A DNA stretch of 23,671 nucleotides from Candidatus Aenigmatarchaeota archaeon. Lineage in GTDB: Archaea; Aenigmatarchaeota; Aenigmatarchaeia; QMZP01. Of the stretch, positions 16,656 to 23,671 are shown piece after piece (position 1 is the stretch's first letter; every line of letters begins with the position of its first letter). Position numbers and translations under genes: made by a program. A model generated the notes under the pieces. That model was not told the origin of the DNA. It was given only the letters and a program-made list of their open reading frames with translations, and did no database searches. Location: the NCBI GenBank assembly GCA_038999435.1, contig JAVZYR010000008.1, positions 1 to 23,671 of the forward strand. The letters are read 5' to 3'.

Positions 16656-17573
16656 TTATTCCAAGAATTCCACATCATCTATTATACCATCCCCATCTCT
16701 ATCTATACCTGTTACAATCTTTGCAATGACAGATGGGTTAGCTATGTTTCCCTGCAAAATTTCCTTTGTATGATTGATAAAGGCAAGCACAGCAGTTCTC
16801 AGGCCTATTGATCTTCTTCCTGCAAGCAGGAGCAGCCATGCATCTTTGTTGAAAGGATTTTTGATTTTAAGCATATACGCATCTGTATCTCCATGATATC
16901 TATTTCCTGTCAATCTTGATACTATTTGCCAGTCAAGTTTTGGTTCAAGATATATAGGCAGGTGTGGATTCAGTCTGTCAGCAATCACATTCACCTTTGG
17001 TCCTCCGATAATAATTATATTTTGCCTCAGTTCATCATCCTTAACTTGTGTGTCGAGCTTGTAATTTATCTTTCTCATCTCTGAGAGCATCATACCTAAA
17101 AATAATGCAAAATCTGTCACATGCACGCCATGATGCGCTGCTGCACCATACCTTCCATGTGGATATGGATCTCCAATTATCAGCAGACTGTTCATTTTTC
17201 CCAAAGAAATAAAAGGATGAACAAGTTGCTCAATGTATGTATCTTTTGCAATGGAAGATGCTGCTGGCCTTCCAATTTCTGCTATCTTTGCAGCAATAAC
17301 AGGATTTGATATTGTGTATATGTTGGCAGTAAAATTCTGTCTTTTTTCTTTTCCTATTCTTTTTATCAAACCACCCCTTTCAAGCCTTTTCAAATGGTAG
17401 TAAATCTTCTGTTCATGCATGTTTAATCTTCTCGCGATGTCCATTGCACAACCAGGCTCTTTTGCAAACTCCTGTAAGATATTCCATGCAAGCCTTGAGT
17501 TGAGGACAGAAAAACCATCTGCACTTACTAATTTGGCATCATATATTATGCCATTGTCTATCAGCTTTGCCAT
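16656..17573 (-). CDS. ArsR-like winged-HTH protein with a C-terminal S-layer-C-like domain
   Basis: AMDIARRLNMHEQKIYYHLKRLERGGLI; NIIIIGGPKVN; acidic DRDGDGIID tail. Confidence 0.75.
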   Translation of the reverse strand: MAKLIDNGIIYDAKLVSADGFSVLNSRLAWNILQEFAKEPGCAMDIARRLNMHEQKIYYHLKRLERGGLIKRIGKEKRQNFTANIYTISNPVIAAKIAEIGRPAASSIAKDTYIEQLVHPFISLGKMNSLLIIGDPYPHGRYGAAAHHGVHVTDFALFLGMMLSEMRKINYKLDTQVKDDELRQNIIIIGGPKVNVIADRLNPHLPIYLEPKLDWQIVSRLTGNRYHGDTDAYMLKIKNPFNKDAWLLLLAGRRSIGLRTAVLAFINHTKEILQGNIANPSVIAKIVTGIDRDGDGIIDDVEFLE

Positions 17574-17715
17574 AGGCAAGAGATAATATTATAAAGGAAT
17601 TTATAAATGTTTCCCACATTTTCCCACTCAAGTCCCACATGTTGTATAAATGCTGATTTTAGGAGTCGTTTTTAAATTAAAAAATTTATTTTCAACAATA
17701 CGTGGGAGGTGTGGG

Positions 17716-18012
17716 ATGAGAGCCTGCAGGATGTGTGGAGAACCTGTGCTAAATTTTGCACTAAGGTTGCAATCCCATGTCTGCCAGAGATGTTATGTGG
17801 AAAGGGTTTTTGAAATTCTGAAAGAACAAAACCTTGCCCTTGCCAAAAGGCTTGTTCAAACACTTCCTCCCCAAATCTACGAGCCTGCAATGAACAATGG
17901 CTCAGAAATGACAGAATTCGGTATATGTGATGAATGCGGTGAGATTTCTGACAGATTAAAGAAGTTTAATAATAAATGGATTTGTGAAGATTGTAGAGAA
18001 GGAAAGGATTGA
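17716..18012 (+). CDS. Small protein with four CxxC pairs (two putative Zn fingers)
   Basis: CRMC, CQRC, CDEC, CEDC; GGAGGTG Shine-Dalgarno at 17705-17711. Confidence 0.75.
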   Translation: MRACRMCGEPVLNFALRLQSHVCQRCYVERVFEILKEQNLALAKRLVQTLPPQIYEPAMNNGSEMTEFGICDECGEISDRLKKFNNKWICEDCREGKD

Positions 18013-18013
18013 T

Positions 18014-18118
18014 ATGCGTTGCATCCATTGTGGCAGATGGGTGTGGGATGAAGAAAAGGAGTTGTGTGAGTACTGCGCTACAAATATATCACAGTTGATA
18101 TCAAAAGGAAGGATTTAA
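18014..18118 (+). CDS. 34-aa Zn-finger microprotein (below the ORF track cutoff)
   Basis: MRCIHCGRWVWDEEKELCEYCATNISQLISKGRI*; starts 1 nt after the upstream stop. Confidence 0.6.
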   Translation: MRCIHCGRWVWDEEKELCEYCATNISQLISKGRI

Positions 18119-19818
18119 GCCTTCTTTCTCCCTCTTTGCATTTCAAATAGCCTTTTTATTCTTTCAAGTGTGTCAACATCCTCTGGTCCCTTATCAGGCC
18201 TTAGCCTGATAAATCGTGGAAAACGTAGCGCAAACCCTGATGAATAGGCTGGGCTTTTTTGTATCTCTTCGTATGCAACCTCAATAACAAGCTTTGGTTT
18301 AATTTTTATTTGATGCCCCTTTTCCCATTCTATATACGGTCTAAGCATCTTTGTTATATCATCGAATGTTACATCTTCGGGTGTTGTTTTCTTCTCTTTT
18401 ATACCTGTGCCGAGCATGCCACACTCAAGAAACCCTCCGCTTTCTGGATCCCTACAACCAAGAATTAGCGAGCCGATCCAGCCAGCACGTTTACCAGTTC
18501 CCCATAGCCCACCGATTACTGCAAGGTCGAGATTTTCTAAGGTCGGCTTTACTTTGAGCCACCCACCTGCAACACGTCTTCCTGGTACATATCTTGCTTC
18601 AAGATTTTTCACTATAAGCCCTTCCTGTCCTGCAGCCTGAGCCTTTTTGTAAAATGCCTCTGCCTTTGCATAATCCTTTGTTATGAGCCCTTCTGCAATT
18701 TGAAATTTTCCAGGTATAACCTTTATCACCTTTTCAAGCAATCTTCTTCTTTCCTCAAGCGACTTGTCAAAGAGCGATTTTCCTTCAAGATATACAATAT
18801 CAAAGGCATTGACTTGTACTGGTATCTCTTTTGTTGCCTTCTCTATCTCATACTTTCTTTTTATCCTCGTAGAAAGCATCTGAAATGGCACAGGCCTACC
18901 TGTTTTCGGATTTATACCTATTGTCTCACTGTCTATTATCGCCTTTTCTGCTTTTATGCAATCCCTTGCCAACTCGACAAGGTCAGGGAATGCAGTTGTT
19001 ACATCTTCCATCCTTCGTGTGAATATCCATATCTTCTGACCATCCTTGTGTATAAGGGTCCGTGCACCATCATATTTAAACTCAAGTATGCATCGCTCAA
19101 ATGCTTCGAGGCCTGTTTTTAGGTCAGGCACCTTTTCAGCGAGTAGGACCTGAAACGGTCTGCCTGGCTTTAGCTGTATCCTTTTTAGTCCTGTCAACCC
19201 ACTTTCCTTTACAATCTTTGCAATCTCGGCATAATCAGGTAGCACTGCCCATGCTGACTCAACATCATCTACATTGAGTTTAAATGCCTCTGCAATTGCA
19301 TCGCGCACAAGCCCTTCTGCAACACCAACCCTCAACTCTTCCAAAACAGTTCGTACAATGTATCTTGCCTCCTTTGGCTTTGCTGCAGCAAGTAGCTGTA
19401 CAATCAGATTTAGCTTTCTATCTTGGCTCCCCTTTCCTGTCTGCCTTGCAATGTCTTGCAAAATGTCAAAAACATCTTTAACATCAAGGGTTTTTTTAGC
19501 AAGCGTTATCTGTTTTCTTTTTGAGGCAAAAAATTCTGCCACACTGCCAAGATCGCCAAGCTCTTTTGATTTCTTTTCAACATCATCCGTTGAGACGCCA
19601 TAAGCCCTTGCTATTGCCCTTATCATGAGCTGGCTTGCAACACCAAGTTCTATCATTGTCCATATCGGATAGACACGGCCCATAAGCAGCGAGACAATGT
19701 TTGGAAGCAGATCAGGATTGGATTTTTTTAAAACCTCAGCAATGATGGCTGTCTTTTCAAGCTTTGAGCCTGTCTTTTCAAGCCTTTCATATATCTCGAC
19801 AAGCTCTGAATAGCGCAT
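18115..19818 (-). CDS. lig: ATP-dependent DNA ligase
   Basis: EFKYDGAR, AFDIVY, EGLIVK, WLKVKP, ALRFPRF. Confidence 0.97.
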   Translation of the reverse strand: MRYSELVEIYERLEKTGSKLEKTAIIAEVLKKSNPDLLPNIVSLLMGRVYPIWTMIELGVASQLMIRAIARAYGVSTDDVEKKSKELGDLGSVAEFFASKRKQITLAKKTLDVKDVFDILQDIARQTGKGSQDRKLNLIVQLLAAAKPKEARYIVRTVLEELRVGVAEGLVRDAIAEAFKLNVDDVESAWAVLPDYAEIAKIVKESGLTGLKRIQLKPGRPFQVLLAEKVPDLKTGLEAFERCILEFKYDGARTLIHKDGQKIWIFTRRMEDVTTAFPDLVELARDCIKAEKAIIDSETIGINPKTGRPVPFQMLSTRIKRKYEIEKATKEIPVQVNAFDIVYLEGKSLFDKSLEERRRLLEKVIKVIPGKFQIAEGLITKDYAKAEAFYKKAQAAGQEGLIVKNLEARYVPGRRVAGGWLKVKPTLENLDLAVIGGLWGTGKRAGWIGSLILGCRDPESGGFLECGMLGTGIKEKKTTPEDVTFDDITKMLRPYIEWEKGHQIKIKPKLVIEVAYEEIQKSPAYSSGFALRFPRFIRLRPDKGPEDVDTLERIKRLFEMQRGRKKA

Positions 19819-20057
19819 ATTGATTTTTAGGGTTTATGTTAAAAAGTTTATAACGGTTGCAGTTTCTTTATTTTGCACATGTGATGCGTTATGGCTGGAA
19901 CGGCAAAACAAAAGATTTTAAGTCCAAAATCCCTTTCGAGATCCTGGAGAAAAAGATTTAAATACCTACCCTAAAATAGTAAAGATTTATAAATTTATCT
20001 CCTAATTTTTATTACATGTATTTAAATACCAAGGAGTAAATAATAATAACGATAGAT

Positions 20058-20840
20058 ATGGTCGCGTCAAATCAAGTCCTGGATGCATTGAAATCGATAG
20101 GCTTAAATCTCTATGAGAGAAAGCTTTTTGTAGCACTGCTTGCAAAGGGCGTTGCAACAGCTGCTGAGCTTTCAGAGATTGCAAATGTGCCAAGATCGAG
20201 AAGCTATGATGTGCTTGAGAGCCTTGCTGAAAAGGGATTTGTGCTTGTGCAGCCATCAAAACCGCTAAAGTATGTTGCGATAAAGCCATCCGAGGCATTT
20301 GAGAGGGTCAAAGACAAGATGCAGAAAGACCATGAAGCAATGATTGAGAGGATTGATAGATTGAAGGGTTCTTCGGTGATGAATGAACTAGAGGGCATAT
20401 TCAAACAAGGCCTTTCATTTATACAACCTGAAGAGATAACAGGCACGTTGAAGGGAAGAAACAACATAAACAGACAACTTCAGAGCCTGTTTAAGTCAGC
20501 CAAAAAGGACATATTTGTGCTTACAACAGAAAGAGGGCTAAAGGATATACACAGCAATCATTTCAGGATTCTAAAGAAGGTTGTCAAGAGAGGTGTTAAA
20601 CTCAAGATACTTGCGCCTCAGACAAATGCAGAGATGCTAAAAATATTTTCTCAGATAGCTGATGTGAAGCCAATCAAACAGGCAACTGGAAGGATATATG
20701 TTGTTGATGGCGAGCATGTTGTTGTCTCATTGACAGATGACAAAGTTCATGAGTCACAGGATATCGCATTTTGGGCAAATTCATCTCACACTGCAAAGGA
20801 TGTTATTTTGCCATATCTTAACCATCTTTTGAAGGGTTGA
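20058..20840 (+). CDS. TrmB-family transcriptional regulator
   Basis: GLNLYERK, VPRSRSYDVLESLAEKG. Confidence 0.9.
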   Translation: MVASNQVLDALKSIGLNLYERKLFVALLAKGVATAAELSEIANVPRSRSYDVLESLAEKGFVLVQPSKPLKYVAIKPSEAFERVKDKMQKDHEAMIERIDRLKGSSVMNELEGIFKQGLSFIQPEEITGTLKGRNNINRQLQSLFKSAKKDIFVLTTERGLKDIHSNHFRILKKVVKRGVKLKILAPQTNAEMLKIFSQIADVKPIKQATGRIYVVDGEHVVVSLTDDKVHESQDIAFWANSSHTAKDVILPYLNHLLKG

Positions 20841-20854
20841 TTCAAATAATTAAA

Positions 20855-21391
20855 TTAGTCAAAAATTACAGTTATACGGAGGATTTTAGAGTCTTCTGCT
20901 TCCCAATGTAGATTCTCTTTAAAATTACAATTTCCATATGCTTTGCCTTGAATAAATAATTCTATCTTGTCCCCTTCTTTTAAATTGTAGGATATCCAGG
21001 AACCATACTTGTCTTCATCTGTACATGGTAATGAAATAATTTGACATGGCAATTGTGGCTGACCTTCAGTTTGTGAAGGACATTCATGTCTAAAACATTT
21101 TGAATAATTAACTTCGCCAATTAGATAAATTTTGATTACATCACCATTATTAATTAATTGCTCTATTGATTTACCAAATTCATAATAAGAAATATTTATC
21201 AAATTAACCGTTATATAAGGCGATTCAAATTCAGGTGCAGTAAAAGATGAGACCACAGTAGCGCGTACCTGAGCTGAACCACAAATATATATCGGTGGTG
21301 GAACGGGAGCTTTATACGCTTCTTGAACACAACCACTAATCAAAAGTATGGAAAATATGGCAAAAATACCAAGAATAAAACACTTACACAT
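20855..21391 (-). CDS. Putative lipoprotein
   Basis: Hydrophobic leader ending LLISGC; Cys-rich body. Confidence 0.65.
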   Translation of the reverse strand: MCKCFILGIFAIFSILLISGCVQEAYKAPVPPPIYICGSAQVRATVVSSFTAPEFESPYITVNLINISYYEFGKSIEQLINNGDVIKIYLIGEVNYSKCFRHECPSQTEGQPQLPCQIISLPCTDEDKYGSWISYNLKEGDKIELFIQGKAYGNCNFKENLHWEAEDSKILRITVIFD

Positions 21392-21412
21392 AAATATATA
21401 TTTTTTGTTATA

Positions 21413-22261
21413 TTATATATTTTCCATTTTTTCAAGCCTTGCCCATTCAGATTTGACATTTTTTTCAATTTCCTTTATCCCATTTTCGTCAACATGCTTA
21501 AACCTGCCCTGTGCCCTTATATATTCATTCAGTCCTGAAAACTTTGGCCTGTACGTAATCCTTAGCTTTCCATTTTTTATCTCATAAAGAGGCCAAAGCC
21601 CGCTCTCAACAGCAAGTCGGGCAATGTTTACAGTATCTTTAGGGTCAAAACCCCAACCAGTCGGGCATGGTATTAATATTTGTATAAAGGATGGTTGCAT
21701 CTCAAGCGCATGTTTAAACTTTTCAGTCAAGTCTGACGCATGACTTATACAGGCTGTGGCTGTATATGGAATTCGATGTGCAGCAACTATATCTATTAAA
21801 GGCTTTTTAGGTCTAATCTTGCCCTTTTCAATCTTTCCAGCAGGTGTCGTTGTTGTTTCAGCAAATTTTGGCGTTGCACCTGAGCGTTGCACACCTGTAT
21901 TCATATATGCCTCATTATCAAGGCATATCTGGGTAACTTTATGCCCTCTCTCAAGCATGCCTGATAATGCCTGCAGGCCGATATCAGCAGTGCCACCATC
22001 GCCTGCAATAGCTATCACCTTCCATGGCCTTTTCATATGTTTGACAGCTGCTTCTATGCCTGATGCAACTGCAGATGTACATTCAAATGCAACATGTATT
22101 GCAGGGCATTTCCATGCTGAAAAGGGATATGCTGTTGTGCATACCTCAAGGCAGCCAGTTGCCATCGAAACAATGACATCTTTAGGGCATACCTTGTCAA
22201 GCAATGACATAGCTACGCCAATCCCACAACCTGCACATAGTGTATGACCAGGAGCAAGCAT
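21413..22261 (-). CDS. porB: Pyruvate/2-oxoacid:ferredoxin oxidoreductase beta subunit
   Basis: GHTLCAGCG, ATGCLEV, GDGGTADIG...DNEAYMNTGVQRS, PCPTGW. Confidence 0.92.
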   Translation of the reverse strand: MLAPGHTLCAGCGIGVAMSLLDKVCPKDVIVSMATGCLEVCTTAYPFSAWKCPAIHVAFECTSAVASGIEAAVKHMKRPWKVIAIAGDGGTADIGLQALSGMLERGHKVTQICLDNEAYMNTGVQRSGATPKFAETTTTPAGKIEKGKIRPKKPLIDIVAAHRIPYTATACISHASDLTEKFKHALEMQPSFIQILIPCPTGWGFDPKDTVNIARLAVESGLWPLYEIKNGKLRITYRPKFSGLNEYIRAQGRFKHVDENGIKEIEKNVKSEWARLEKMENI

Positions 22262-22334
22262 AAAAAAAATCAGTTTTAGACCTTTTTAAATTAACAATCT
22301 TCAATTCGTCAATTATCTACTCTGATTATCGGAT

Positions 22335-22604
22335 TTAACCTTTTTTCCTTCTCGGTCTTTCTGCCTTTACCTCTTTCAGTGTTTTCAACTCGTCGATTTC
22401 AAGCCATACAACAAAAAGGCCAATAAGGATTAAAAATACTGGTATAATCCCTGTCGCTACTATCACAAAATTGTCAAGCCATGTAATGCGCGTTACATTA
22501 ATACCTAATGCATCATCAATAAAAAGTCCAAGGCCAATCACTACGAGCAAAAGTCCACCGATGATTTTTGCTATTGGATGCATATTTAATTTATAATTTG
22601 CCAT
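22335..22604 (-). CDS. Two-TM hypothetical membrane protein
   Basis: Two hydrophobic helices and a basic tail. Confidence 0.7.
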   Translation of the reverse strand: MANYKLNMHPIAKIIGGLLLVVIGLGLFIDDALGINVTRITWLDNFVIVATGIIPVFLILIGLFVVWLEIDELKTLKEVKAERPRRKKG

Positions 22605-22618
22605 ATTTAAATTTCTTA

Positions 22619-22894
22619 ATGTGTGCCTACGAAAAAGAAATTAGGGTTGTGAGGGAAAAAATAAACAAATTAGATAGGTCTATTTTCAAAATTATAAAAC
22701 AGCGAACAAAGCTTGCAAAAAAGGTTTCGAAAATAAAAAGGAAGTATGGAAAGCCAATTTTTGATAAAAAGAGAGAAGATGAGATACTCAAATTTGTAAG
22801 AAGTCTTGCAGTTAAGCATGGGCTCGAACCCAAATCAATTGAGAGGATTTTCAAAGAGATAATTAGGCTGTGCAAGGAGATTGAAAAAACATAA
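22619..22894 (+). CDS. Chorismate mutase type II (AroQ-like)
   Basis: REKINKLD...R...K...PIFDKKREDEIL pattern; start ATG 22619. Confidence 0.82.
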   Translation: MCAYEKEIRVVREKINKLDRSIFKIIKQRTKLAKKVSKIKRKYGKPIFDKKREDEILKFVRSLAVKHGLEPKSIERIFKEIIRLCKEIEKT

Positions 22895-22936
22895 CAATCC
22901 TAATAAATATAAATCTCAACAGACTCAATCATACTT

Positions 22937-23518
22937 ATGCAATCTGCTTATAAATTCATTGCACAGGTCTGGAAAAGGCCAAAAGAGGGTTTAGGCAAAC
23001 TTTGGTCAGCGCGGCTTAGAGAGTGGCGTGCCCAGCCTGTTGTTTATAGGATTGAAAGACCAACAAGGCTTGACAGGGCCAGGGCGCTTGGCTATAAAGC
23101 AAAGCCTGGTTATGTTTTAGTGCGGGTCAGGATAAAAAAAGGTTTGAGAAAGAGACCTAAGCCAGCAAAGGGAAGAAAGCCAAGGGCAGCAGGCCGATAT
23201 TTCTCTCTTGCTATTTCTAAACAGGTACAGGCAGAGCAAAAGGCAGCGCGAAAATATCCTAATTGTGAGGTTCTAAATTCTTATTGGGTTGGTGATGATA
23301 GCGTGTATGAGTGGTATGAGGTGATACTTGTTGATAGAAGCCATCCACAAATCCTTTCAGATAAAAAAATAAGTTGGATCGCCAAACAACGTGGCCGTGC
23401 ATTCCGTGGTCTGACCTCGGCTGGCAAAAGGTCAAGAGGTCTGCTCAGCAAAGGCAAGGGCGCTGAAAAGATAAGGCCATCAAAAAAGCAAACTTATCTT
23501 AAGAGGATTCTCTTGTAG
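22937..23518 (+). CDS. rpl15e: 50S ribosomal protein L15e
   Basis: [37 protein letters not shown]. Confidence 0.97.
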   Translation: MQSAYKFIAQVWKRPKEGLGKLWSARLREWRAQPVVYRIERPTRLDRARALGYKAKPGYVLVRVRIKKGLRKRPKPAKGRKPRAAGRYFSLAISKQVQAEQKAARKYPNCEVLNSYWVGDDSVYEWYEVILVDRSHPQILSDKKISWIAKQRGRAFRGLTSAGKRSRGLLSKGKGAEKIRPSKKQTYLKRILL

Positions 23519-23555
23519 AAGAATATATTTATATAGCTTTCGCCAAAAATAAAAT

Positions 23556-23671
23556 ATGGCTGTGGTACTTGCACAGTTTGCATTTGAGCAGATTATCTAC
23601 AATATGGAGCAAATGGGCTTCTTTAGATTTCTATTTCCATTTCTGCTCACATTAGGTATTGTCTTTGGCCT
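23556..23671 (+). CDS. Membrane protein, N-terminus only (runs off the window end)
   Basis: MAVVLAQFAFEQIIYNMEQMGFFRFLFPFLLTLGIVFG, open to the window end. Confidence 0.6.
   Translation, partial: MAVVLAQFAFEQIIYNMEQMGFFRFLFPFLLTLGIVFG

Noticed and set aside
21413..22894. porB and chorismate mutase without pathway neighbours
   Set aside because: Scattered gene order is common in such genomes; partner genes may lie outside the window.

Overview
Archaeal chromosomal window, probably DPANN-like (inferred from gene content and a divergent rRNA). It holds a minus-strand 16S-tRNA-Ala-23S operon (23S truncated), tRNA-His(GUG), tRNA-Leu(UAA) and housekeeping genes (trpS, tyrS, radB, fibrillarin, lig, ogg, porB, rpl15e and others). 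The stable-RNA genes carry eight bulge-helix-bulge (BHB)-type introns: two in 16S, one in 23S and five in tRNAs. Two of these introns appear to encode box C/D guides aimed at their own host RNA. The 16S intron at E. coli 1499/1500 predicts Cm1402 by the D+5 rule (and possibly Am1408), and the tRNA-Leu anticodon intron predicts wobble Um34. Three other introns (23S, tRNA-His T-loop, tRNA-Leu T-loop) are built from five copies of one modular hairpin repeat that I found only inside introns. Other oddities are a PIN nuclease and RNA ligase gene pair, a TrpRS fused to a B3/4 editing-type domain, and an attC-like hairpin behind an AT-rich methyltransferase. All calls are by eye; no searches or folding programs were run.
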